Positions 41,767 to 50,118 of a stretch of 64,000 bases of DNA are shown in pieces. Within the stretch, counting starts at the first letter, position 1; the number at the start of each line of letters is the position of its first letter. The stretch comes from Rickettsiales bacterium (GTDB lineage: Bacteria > Pseudomonadota > Alphaproteobacteria > Rickettsiales > JABSSG01), in assembly GCA_047404135.1 (NCBI GenBank), contig JBDOIT010000002.1, positions 102,320-166,319 of the forward strand. The letters run 5' to 3'. The position numbers and the translations under genes are program-made. The notes beneath the pieces are model-generated. The model was not told where the DNA came from. It made no database searches and was given only the letters and a program-made list of their open reading frames with translations.

Positions 41767-42267
41767 ATGGCTACTAAACTACGTTTCACAAGGCACGGCG
41801 CAAAAAAGAAACCTTTCTACTGGCTAGTTGCAGCTGATGCAAGAGCTCCTAGGGATGGCCGTTACATTGAAAAATTAGGTACTTACAACCCATTACTACC
41901 TAAAGACAATAAAGATAGAGTCCTATTCAACAAAGAAAGAATCAACTACTGGCTTTCTAACGGCGCACAGCCAACAGATAAAATCCAGAAATTATTTAAT
42001 ATTGAAGGGATTGAGGTTAATTTCAAGAAAAAGAAATTCAAAAAACAATACGAAGTAAAGACTGATAGAGGCCCTAAGCTTTCCAAGAAAGCTATCGCAA
42101 AAGCACAAGAAGAAGAGAAGAACTCTGAGGCAGCTAAAGCGGCAGAAGAAGTTAAATTATCAGAATCTAACAATCCTGCAACAGAAACTGTAGCTCCTCA
42201 GGAAGAAGCACAACCTTCTCCTGCAGAGTCTCCCTCTGAAGAAAATAGCAAATCTCAAGAGTCTTAA
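41767..42267 (+). CDS. rpsP: 30S ribosomal protein S16 (with long low-complexity C-terminal extension)
   Basis: The N-terminus MATKLRFTRHGAKKKPFYWLVAADARAPRDGRYIEKLGTYNPL is canonical S16. The last ~80 aa are K/E/A-rich. Confidence 0.93.
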   Translation: MATKLRFTRHGAKKKPFYWLVAADARAPRDGRYIEKLGTYNPLLPKDNKDRVLFNKERINYWLSNGAQPTDKIQKLFNIEGIEVNFKKKKFKKQYEVKTDRGPKLSKKAIAKAQEEEKNSEAAKAAEEVKLSESNNPATETVAPQEEAQPSPAESPSEENSKSQES

Positions 42268-42353
42268 TCACAAAAGCAGTATAATCTTTTTCATAAGGGT
42301 TGTGTTGTTTTTCTATTCAGAGTAGTATCTTTTTGACCTTTAAATGCTGCTTT

Positions 42354-42542
42354 ATGAATTATTTCCTTATACTTATTATCTTCTTATCTGTCCTAACGCT
42401 AGCTACAGTCGTAGTTGGAGTTTCCAAACTTGCTATCGGAGACAAAATCAACTATAAAAAAAGCAATAAAATGATGCTTATGCGCATTACACTTCAGGGA
42501 TTAGTAGTAACATTAATTGCAATAGCATATTTCATTAAATAG
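42354..42542 (+). CDS. twin transmembrane helix small protein (HIG1-like)
   Basis: 62 aa from the internal ATG, with two TM helices separated by a ...SNKMMLMRITLQGL... linker. This resembles the HIG1/twin-TM family common in alphaproteobacteria. The ORF-track start (42300, TTG) is probably too far upstream. Confidence 0.5.
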   Translation: MNYFLILIIFLSVLTLATVVVGVSKLAIGDKINYKKSNKMMLMRITLQGLVVTLIAIAYFIK

Positions 42543-42548
42543 TTAAAT

Positions 42549-43886
42549 ATGAATATTATTACAAGATTTGCACCCTCACCCACAGGATTGCTCCATGTTG
42601 GCAATGTTAGAACCGCATTAATCAACTTCCTATTCGCACGTAAACATAATGCGGATTTTATACTACGAATAGATGACACTGATCTTAAAAGATCTACACC
42701 AGAATTTGAAGCTCAAATGAAATCAGATCTTTCATGGCTTGGATTCACTTGGAAAAAGACATTTAACCAGAAAGATAGACTCGATAGATATGAAGAAGCA
42801 AAGAACAAACTTATAGCAGATGGAAGATTATACCCATGCTATGAGACAAAGGAAGAGTTGGAATTTAAACGTAAAATCCAGCTTTCTCAAGGGAAACCAC
42901 CTATTTACGATAGATCAGCTTTAAAACTCACTGAAAAAGTAAAAAAACAACATGAGTCTGAAGGAAAAACTCCACATTACAGATTCAAACTCAATGAGAA
43001 TGCGACAGAGTGGGACGATATGGTGCGTGGACATGTTAAATTTGATCCTAATACTACTAGCGACCCTATTCTGATCAGAGGAAATGGAACATGGACATAT
43101 ATGCTATGTTCTGCAGTAGATGATATTGATTATAAAATCACGCATGTGATCCGAGGAGAAGACCATATAAGCAATACCTCTACAAACATACAGCTATTCG
43201 AAGCACTAAACAAAGCCCCTCCTATCTTTGCGCATGTATCTCGTGTTACTGCAAAAAACTCAGAAATGTCTAAGCGTTCTGGTGGCTTTGATATTAAATC
43301 TCTGCACGAGAAAGGATTAGAGCCAATGACAATTATTAACTTCTTATCTGCCATAGGAACCTCAAAAGCTCCTGGTAAATGCACAGATATGAAAGATATT
43401 ATAGATAATTTCAGTATCGACAACTTTAATAAAAGCCCTACTACATATGAAGAAAGTGATCTTATTTCTATGAATCATAAAATTCTTTCTACGATGGAAT
43501 TCTCAGAAATAGAACCAAGGTTAAAAGGAATGGATATAGATCAAAAATTCTGGATGGTGGCACGAAATAACATGGAAAAATTCTTAGATTTAAAAAGCTG
43601 GTATGATATATGCAAAAACCCAGTAAAACCCGTTATATCAGATGAAGACATAGATTTCCTTAATGAGTCTGCATCTCTTCTTTCTTCTTTCTCTGATTTA
43701 GACGAAAATAGCTGGGGGGAGTGGATAGAAAAAATAAAAAATGCAACTTCTAGAAAAGGCAAAAGCTTATTTATGCCTTTAAGAATGGCTCTTACTGGAA
43801 TTAATAATGGACCTGAATTAAAATTCTTGTTACCACTAATTAGTATGGAAAAAGCAATCCAGAGGCTAGAGGGGAAAACAGCATGA
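42549..43886 (+). CDS. gltX: glutamate--tRNA ligase
   Basis: 445 aa with RFAPSPTGLLHVGN (HIGH region), a RIDDTD motif and a KMSKS-like EMSKRSG motif. Confidence 0.92.
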   Translation: MNIITRFAPSPTGLLHVGNVRTALINFLFARKHNADFILRIDDTDLKRSTPEFEAQMKSDLSWLGFTWKKTFNQKDRLDRYEEAKNKLIADGRLYPCYETKEELEFKRKIQLSQGKPPIYDRSALKLTEKVKKQHESEGKTPHYRFKLNENATEWDDMVRGHVKFDPNTTSDPILIRGNGTWTYMLCSAVDDIDYKITHVIRGEDHISNTSTNIQLFEALNKAPPIFAHVSRVTAKNSEMSKRSGGFDIKSLHEKGLEPMTIINFLSAIGTSKAPGKCTDMKDIIDNFSIDNFNKSPTTYEESDLISMNHKILSTMEFSEIEPRLKGMDIDQKFWMVARNNMEKFLDLKSWYDICKNPVKPVISDEDIDFLNESASLLSSFSDLDENSWGEWIEKIKNATSRKGKSLFMPLRMALTGINNGPELKFLLPLISMEKAIQRLEGKTA

Positions 43887-43957
43887 CAACTTTGCAAGGA
43901 ATTCGGATTTACTACTGGGATGCTCAAAGGCTCGTTGGCTAAAGGAAGGGGTGAAAA

Positions 43958-44830
43958 ATGAAAAAGGCAATTAAGGCATTAATTCCTTCATTCATCGTAA
44001 GAAAAATAGCAGCTACACTATCTACGTTGACAAGAAAATTGAATGGTAAAAATATTACCGGTTTTTTAGTTCAAACAGAACAATTTCGTTTTGTTGTTGG
44101 TAGTGAAGATATGTCCGTAGGAAGAGCCCTTAGATTCAAGGGTTCATATGGAGATGATGAGTTTAAAAGAACTTCAAAGCTTGTAGGAAATGAAAGTAAT
44201 GTCGTTTTTGTTGGTACTCATGTAGGTGCTATCGCAATTCCAATAGCTAAGATTGTTAAGTCCTGTGTATTGATTGAAGCAAATCCACAGACCTTTGATT
44301 TGTTGACAACAAATATATTTCTGAATGAAGTCACTAACGCAACATGTAAAAATGTTGCTATTGGTGAGTGTGAGGGTGAAATCAACTTCGTACTAAGTAG
44401 AGTTAACTCTGGCGGCAGCAAACGAGAGCCAGCTGTAAAAGATAATATGTACTATTACGATAACCCGAAGACTGTCAAAGTCCCTATGGTTACATTGGAT
44501 AGTATTTGCTCTGATGAAAGAGAAGTTTACGATTTGGTTTTTATGGATATAGAGGGTTCAGAGTTTTTTGCGTTACAAGGTATGCGTAAAGTTTTGTCTC
44601 GCACAAGCGCACTAGTTATTGAGTTCATACCGCATCATCTGAGGAATGTTGCTAATTGCTCTGTGGAAGAGCTCATTGGGCTTATAAGTGATTACTTTAA
44701 TCACTGTTATGTGCCTTCAAAAAATGAATATATTGATTCCAAAGACTTTTTAACGTTCTTTACAACAATGTTTGATGCAGAGGAAACAGACGATGGGCTG
44801 ATTTTTACAAATCAGAAAGTTAGCTTTTAA
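43958..44830 (+). CDS. FkbM family methyltransferase
   Basis: 290 aa with a Rossmann-type VVFVGTHVGAIAIP segment, IEANP, G...GEI.F and DLVFMDIEGSE..AL.G motifs characteristic of the FkbM (TIGR01444-type) family. A strong GGAAGGGG Shine-Dalgarno sequence precedes the ATG. Confidence 0.8.
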   Translation: MKKAIKALIPSFIVRKIAATLSTLTRKLNGKNITGFLVQTEQFRFVVGSEDMSVGRALRFKGSYGDDEFKRTSKLVGNESNVVFVGTHVGAIAIPIAKIVKSCVLIEANPQTFDLLTTNIFLNEVTNATCKNVAIGECEGEINFVLSRVNSGGSKREPAVKDNMYYYDNPKTVKVPMVTLDSICSDEREVYDLVFMDIEGSEFFALQGMRKVLSRTSALVIEFIPHHLRNVANCSVEELIGLISDYFNHCYVPSKNEYIDSKDFLTFFTTMFDAEETDDGLIFTNQKVSF

Positions 44831-44866
44831 ATTCAAGGTTATATTTAAAAGATTAATAAACAAGCT

Positions 44867-45784
44867 TTATCTATTGTTAATCACCTTACCTTTGGAGGAG
44901 TCTGTTTTGCTGGATGGTTTCACTGGAGAAGAATTATCGTTTGTTGCTTTTCCTAGAGTAAATTTATCGCAAGAAATATCGCTATCTTTTATACTGATCT
45001 CTTTAGAGAATAACAATTTATGAACCTCTTCTCTTGTCATTAGCCCGTTCAAAATCTTAGATTCTAAACTTTTGATTCTTCTGTATGGCTTCTCGAAACA
45101 TATTATAAAAAATCCCATACTTGCAATCATAGCTAAAAGAAATGAGAACACTAGCCTACCCTCAGACATCATAGTAGTAATTACAGAAGCACCTATTACA
45201 ATAGATAAGAATAGAACAGCTAAGATCTTCCTGTAAATATTAGCAGATTGAAACGCTATTTTTGCTGTATTAGCAACTCCACTGGATGCAATACCTCCCT
45301 CGGACTCCAAATAATCGCATATCTCTACATTCTTATTTCTCTTTGCTACTGCTAACGCTGTAAAGAATTGTGCATTTGTAAGATTTATTTTTGCGCCCGC
45401 CTCCACCAAAGCCTTTGTGAGATCCATATTGTCATTTGACACAGCAAAATGAAGTGGCGTTTCTGAATATCTATCTTTAACATTTATATCGCTTCCATTT
45501 TTTATCAAAATCATCGCAGCATCTACATGGCTCAACTGAACTGCAAAATGCAAAGGTGCAGAATGGTGATTATTTTTAAGATTTGGGTTAGCTCCTTTCT
45601 TTAGTAGCAGCTTAATGATCTCAGTATAACCCTTCATAGCGGCAATATGGAGAGCGGTATTATTTCTCCCATCTACCTGGTTAATATCGATAGCATCTTT
45701 CAATAGATCTTTTATTAAATCTATATTCCCAGATAATATTGTTGAGTGTAACGCTAATTTACTTTTTTTCTTTAACATACTCAC
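44867..45784 (-). CDS. ankyrin-repeat protein with C-terminal transmembrane hairpin
   Basis: 305 aa with about 4-5 ANK repeats (NTALHIAAMKGYTEIIKLLLKKGANPN, APLHFAVQ..., TPLHFAVSN...). These are followed by two hydrophobic helices (ILAVLFLSIVIGASVITTMM, VFSFLLAMIASMGFFIICF) and a ~75-aa S/K-rich tail. Confidence 0.85.
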   Translation of the reverse strand: MSMLKKKSKLALHSTILSGNIDLIKDLLKDAIDINQVDGRNNTALHIAAMKGYTEIIKLLLKKGANPNLKNNHHSAPLHFAVQLSHVDAAMILIKNGSDINVKDRYSETPLHFAVSNDNMDLTKALVEAGAKINLTNAQFFTALAVAKRNKNVEICDYLESEGGIASSGVANTAKIAFQSANIYRKILAVLFLSIVIGASVITTMMSEGRLVFSFLLAMIASMGFFIICFEKPYRRIKSLESKILNGLMTREEVHKLLFSKEISIKDSDISCDKFTLGKATNDNSSPVKPSSKTDSSKGKVINNR

Positions 45785-45879
45785 TTATCCATATTTCTAC
45801 CCAAAGTTTTTAAAGTTTACCAGCCATTGGTTAAGAAATTGTTAATTCATTAGTAATGATCAAACAATAAAAGTCCTTT

Positions 45880-46003
45880 CTATTCACATATTGAAATAAA
45901 GCCCTGCAATCTACTCGAAATTAATCTTTTTCAGCAATTGTTTAGCAATCTCAGATTTTGCTATTCACATATTGAAATAAATCTCTATTCTACTACTTAA
46001 ATT
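45880..46003. repeat. two imperfect direct repeats with an identical 21-nt core, spaced 81 bp apart, in the divergent ANK/brnQ intergenic region
   Basis: CTATTCACATATTGAAATAAA occurs at 45880-45900 and 45961-45981. The following ~20 nt are partly similar (..TCTACT..AAATT). Confidence 0.85.
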
Positions 46004-46016
46004 CATATTTCTTTGT

Positions 46017-47102
46017 ATGGGGAAAAACATATGGACGGTTAGTTTTGCAGTTTTTGCTATGTTCTTTGGAGCAGGCAATATGACTCTCCCACTAATTCTT
46101 TCACAAGGCTGGAATTCATCTTGGCCATCTGCTTTCATAGGCTTTTGCCTTAGCGGTGTATTAGTTACCTTTATCGGACTTATAGCAGGTGTAATGGCAA
46201 GAAACACCAAGGAATTCTTTGCACCCCTAGGGCTTACTGTGGGTTTCATAGTTCAAGCTGTACTAATATGCATAGAAGGACCATTTGGAATAGTGCCCAG
46301 ATGCTTAATAGTTGCCCATGGAGGGATACATGCAGTATTCCCCCAGATAGATGCAGGAGTGTTCTATATATTATCTGGAGTATTACTGTTCTTCCTTGCA
46401 TCCAATAAAGGTATGTTGGTCAAGGTCATAGGTCAATATATGACCCCCTTACTCTTATCCCTTCTTGCAATAATTATATCTATAATAGTATATAAAAATA
46501 TTAATAGCCCCATTGTAGTAAGTGGTAAATATAATGTGGATGCAATGGTAGATGGAATTTACAAAGGGTACCTAACATACGACCTCCCTGGAGCAATCTA
46601 TTTCACAACAATTGCTATGACTTACCTAAAATCTGAAGGTCAGAGCAAATCTGCAATGATCCGCACTGGGTTAAAAGCATCTGCGATTAGCTCAATCCTA
46701 CTAATAATAGTTTATGGAGTATTCTTCTATATAGGCTCCCACTACACAGAAGAATTAAAGAATGTTGAGGCAACACACATACTGCCAACAATAGTTAGTA
46801 TCTCTTGTGGGCAGATCCTTGCAGGGGTGTTTGCAAGCGTAGTTTTCATAGCTTGCATCTCCACAGCTATAGCGGCTATTACTATATGGACAGATTTTGT
46901 TTATGAAATATTCAAGAAGTTTAATGTGAAATATGACATAATATTGGTGCTAAGCATCATAGCAACAATAGTAGTATCTAATCTTCAATTCGAAGGTTTA
47001 ATAAAACTACTAATGCCAGCACTAACAATCCTATATCCTCTTTTGATACTATTATCTCTCTATAATATTTTAAAAAAACGACAAGACATCAAGAAGGGAT
47101 AG
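46017..47102 (+). CDS. brnQ: branched-chain amino acid transport system II carrier protein (LIVCS/BrnQ family)
   Basis: 361-aa polytopic protein with the N-terminal FAMFFGAGNM..P signature of BrnQ. It is shorter than the ~430-440 aa I would expect for this family. Confidence 0.8.
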   Translation: MGKNIWTVSFAVFAMFFGAGNMTLPLILSQGWNSSWPSAFIGFCLSGVLVTFIGLIAGVMARNTKEFFAPLGLTVGFIVQAVLICIEGPFGIVPRCLIVAHGGIHAVFPQIDAGVFYILSGVLLFFLASNKGMLVKVIGQYMTPLLLSLLAIIISIIVYKNINSPIVVSGKYNVDAMVDGIYKGYLTYDLPGAIYFTTIAMTYLKSEGQSKSAMIRTGLKASAISSILLIIVYGVFFYIGSHYTEELKNVEATHILPTIVSISCGQILAGVFASVVFIACISTAIAAITIWTDFVYEIFKKFNVKYDIILVLSIIATIVVSNLQFEGLIKLLMPALTILYPLLILLSLYNILKKRQDIKKG

Positions 47103-47835
47103 AAGATTTTTCAACGCATATCTCTTGTAAAATCGTCAGAGACACCTCATCAAATACGTCGTTTATCGCTCTAGTATCAAAATGCCTTTTAAAAGCAACG
47201 ACTACATCATGAGTATTCTTACCGAATACACCGTCAACCAAGAGCTTATATCCATATTCTTTCAGCAGTGTCTGCATCTTTATAACCCCTTCTCCCTCAT
47301 CTCCAATCTGCGCCAAAAATACACCGAGATTTTCTTGCTCATATTTATTCCTAGGAAATAAACCAAAGCCATGATTTTGCAACAAACCCCAAGGGAAATT
47401 CTCCCCTGGGTCATCTTTTCTATTTGGAGCAATATCAGAGTGTGCTACCATATAAAAAGATGGAATGGGGTATCTTTGAGTTATCCCTCCTAGAATTTCC
47501 ATTAAAGAATCCATCTGAATTTTAGGAAAATTATCAATCCTTGCCCCACCCTCTTCAGTATCTACCAATTCAATTCCTATTGAATATAGGTTCAGCTTTT
47601 CACGACCATCCCAACAACTAACCCCCGCATGATATGCCACCTTGTCCTCAGGAACAAGTTGAAACACCTTGCCTTCTAAATCAATCAAATAGTGACAGCT
47701 TACCTCCGACTCTTTGCTGCATAATCTCTCCAAAGAATCTTTGGCACTCATATGAGTAGAATGTATAACCACCATATCTATTGTGTGTTGCCTATCTTTA
47801 AAACTTGGAGAAGTGTATTCTTTATTGATATGCAT
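47089..47835 (-). CDS. N-acetylmuramoyl-L-alanine amidase (Amidase_2, AmpD/AmiD-like) with C-terminal peptidoglycan-binding domain
   Basis: 248 aa with VVIHST, CHYLID..G, AYHAGVS.W, SIGIEL and AHSDIAP.RK.DPG..FPW motifs. The C-terminal G..V...Q.LL...GY...VDG.FG..T...V..F.. segment is a PG_binding_1-like domain. No signal peptide is evident. Confidence 0.88.
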   Translation of the reverse strand: MHINKEYTSPSFKDRQHTIDMVVIHSTHMSAKDSLERLCSKESEVSCHYLIDLEGKVFQLVPEDKVAYHAGVSCWDGREKLNLYSIGIELVDTEEGGARIDNFPKIQMDSLMEILGGITQRYPIPSFYMVAHSDIAPNRKDDPGENFPWGLLQNHGFGLFPRNKYEQENLGVFLAQIGDEGEGVIKMQTLLKEYGYKLLVDGVFGKNTHDVVVAFKRHFDTRAINDVFDEVSLTILQEICVEKSSIPS

Positions 47836-47851
47836 AGCGCGCTAGATTTAA

Positions 47852-48502
47852 CTAGTATTTATTATATCTAGAGTTCCCATTCAAGACTATAAAAAAATCA
47901 TACACCTTTTGCCCGTAATGATCGCTCGCACTCTTATTAAACAACGCTGTAATAAAATTTTTCTTTTTATCTATTATCGTATCTGACAGTTTTATCTGCG
48001 TCTCAAAAGATATAAGTCCTTTGCCAAGAGCGGATATATTAATCTTAGATTTACTAGACCCTTTTTCCTTGGATCCAGGATCTACAGTGATGAAAAAAAA
48101 GCGCCCTTCGCTATCAGATAGAGTAGATCCAGCACCTACGAATTTTCCATGCATCTGGTCATTCATTATATGCCTATCCTGTTCTGAGGCAAATTTCTTT
48201 AAATAACGGCGCTTGCCATATTCATCATTCTGCCATAATAAGAGTTTTGTATTTGGCACAGGTATACATTTTTTATCTACTACAACCCCCCTTAATAATA
48301 CCTTTTCAAGATATTCATCCTCAAATACACCAACAGGTCTTGTGAGGTCGTTATATGAAGGATATACACCGGGTTTTATGTCCGTTTCCATTTCAGAGCT
48401 TGGAGTACAACCGCCAAATCTACAGACCTCTCCCATCACAACCAGAGGAGTGATAGTAAAGATAATAGCGCAATATCTAACGATTTTTATTAATTTTTTC
48501 AT
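47852..48502 (-). CDS. secreted intradiol-dioxygenase-fold (protocatechuate dioxygenase-like) protein
   Basis: About 216 aa from the internal Met (MKKLIKIVRYCAIIFTITPLVVMG = signal peptide). LRGVVVDKKCIPVPNTKLLLWQNDEYGKRRY and SDSEGRFFFITVDPG resemble the G.V.D..G.P...A.VE.WQ....G.Y and G.Y.F.TI.PG motifs of that fold. I could not verify metal ligands. Confidence 0.5.
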   Translation of the reverse strand: MKKLIKIVRYCAIIFTITPLVVMGEVCRFGGCTPSSEMETDIKPGVYPSYNDLTRPVGVFEDEYLEKVLLRGVVVDKKCIPVPNTKLLLWQNDEYGKRRYLKKFASEQDRHIMNDQMHGKFVGAGSTLSDSEGRFFFITVDPGSKEKGSSKSKINISALGKGLISFETQIKLSDTIIDKKKNFITALFNKSASDHYGQKVYDFFIVLNGNSRYNKY

Positions 48503-49436
48503 TGAGACTAACCCTCTTAACAAAACTAATATCTGAATCGGCGACCTCATAAGAGCTAAAACTCAAACCCTCTACATAATCAATTTTTACTTTATTCATT
48601 TTTATATTGCTGGTCTTATTATTTGAAAATTTTCCTCCCCTTAGATCCGTGTTCGAAAAATCTATTCTTTCTAGATTGCTCCCCGTAATACTCGCATCTA
48701 CTAATTTAGCATTATGGAAACTCACCCTATGTAGATCAGAATCCACTATAGATGCATTATAAAAATTTACTCCCTCGCAATCTGCTCTTCTAAGTTTTAC
48801 GTTATGAAGAATAGCGCCACTAAATTGCGCTCCCCTAAGATTTGCATTCGAGAAATCAACGTTTTTTAACCGAGCATTCGAAAAATCTGCCCCCTGTAAA
48901 TCAGCCCCCCTAAAACTAGTTTCTGAAAAATCCGAAGAAACCAAAGAAGCTCCTCTAAGCATTCCATAATCTAAAGTAACCCTGTGGAAAATAGACCTAT
49001 TAATAATGGAGTTTCTTAATTTTACTCCTCTCATACTTGTTCTAGAAAAATCTGCACCAGTCATGTCCGAGTGACTTAAATCTACAAGATTCAACTTAGC
49101 TCTACTCAAATTCACACCACGAATATTGATCATCTGCAAATCTGTATTATCGAGATTTACTCTGCTAAAATTAAAACCAAACTCTTTAGTTAAATCCAAT
49201 GATTTGTTGTCCGACTTTCTTTTTATTAAATAATCTACTATCTGAGTCTTGGTAATAAGTATTTCCTCTTGCTCCTGAAAAACACGTTTTACCTTTTTTG
49301 CGAATGTATTATTGTCGTCTCTGATAGTATTATTAGCAAAAACACTATACATACAAAAAACCAAAACCATTACAGAAATACTTAGTAAATTCCAGCCTAT
49401 TATTAATGCTACACTGTAATTTTTCTTTCTACTCAT
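48477..49436 (-). CDS. membrane-anchored pentapeptide-repeat protein
   Basis: 319 aa with an N-terminal TM anchor (VALIIGWNLLSISVMVLVFCMYSVF). It then has about 35 consecutive A(D/N)LXX-type pentapeptides (…ADLQGADFSNARLKNVDFSNANLRGAQFSGAILHNVKLRRADCEGVNF…). Confidence 0.88.
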   Translation of the reverse strand: MSRKKNYSVALIIGWNLLSISVMVLVFCMYSVFANNTIRDDNNTFAKKVKRVFQEQEEILITKTQIVDYLIKRKSDNKSLDLTKEFGFNFSRVNLDNTDLQMINIRGVNLSRAKLNLVDLSHSDMTGADFSRTSMRGVKLRNSIINRSIFHRVTLDYGMLRGASLVSSDFSETSFRGADLQGADFSNARLKNVDFSNANLRGAQFSGAILHNVKLRRADCEGVNFYNASIVDSDLHRVSFHNAKLVDASITGSNLERIDFSNTDLRGGKFSNNKTSNIKMNKVKIDYVEGLSFSSYEVADSDISFVKRVSLNEKINKNR

Positions 49437-49577
49437 ATAAATAAATGCTTTAATGCTTTTTTATTATAGTTGTCATTCCTTAAGAAAACCCTAATATTAC
49501 ATCTTTTTTTAAACATCTGTTGCTATCATATATAACTTCTCTATATTCCGTTTAGTAAACAAAATCACAGTATAATT

Positions 49578-50042
49578 ATGTCACACAACCAAGATCAAGA
49601 GTTAATGGAAGCATCTTCAATCGGAGATTCAGCGTTAGTATGCTCTCTATTAGCTAAAGGAGCTAATGCAAGTTATGCAGACCCAAGTAATAATGGTTGG
49701 ACAGTCTTAATGGAAGCTGCGATGAAAAACCATACTAATATAGTGATGCTTCTTCTAGAAAACGGAGCTTCACTAGAACAAGAAACAGGGTGTGGATGCA
49801 CAGTACTTACTAAAACTTCATGTGTCGGGACGCCCGAAATGCTACAAACTCTTTTAAATAGTGGAGCAAACGCAAGTCACATAAACAACAAAGGATTATC
49901 CCTATTAGGAAAGGCAGAAAGCTGCGACAACTTCCCTGTAATAACATTCCTAACAGAACAGATGCCTTTTATGGATTTACTAACTAAGTATTTTCCCAAA
50001 AATGTATCCGGTGTTTTGGAAACAGATATAGATTTTCATTAA
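49578..50042 (+). CDS. ankyrin-repeat protein (small, no signal peptide)
   Basis: 154 aa with about 3 ANK repeats (GDSALVCSLLAKGANASY, WTVLMEAAMKNHTNIVMLLLENGASLE, ...LQTLLNSGANASH). Confidence 0.8.
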   Translation: MSHNQDQELMEASSIGDSALVCSLLAKGANASYADPSNNGWTVLMEAAMKNHTNIVMLLLENGASLEQETGCGCTVLTKTSCVGTPEMLQTLLNSGANASHINNKGLSLLGKAESCDNFPVITFLTEQMPFMDLLTKYFPKNVSGVLETDIDFH

Positions 50043-50118
50043 TTTCCAAATTTACTTAGATTCTCTCTTCACAAATAGCACATCCAAACTATACTGTTTT
50101 TAATTGATTAGCTAAGAA

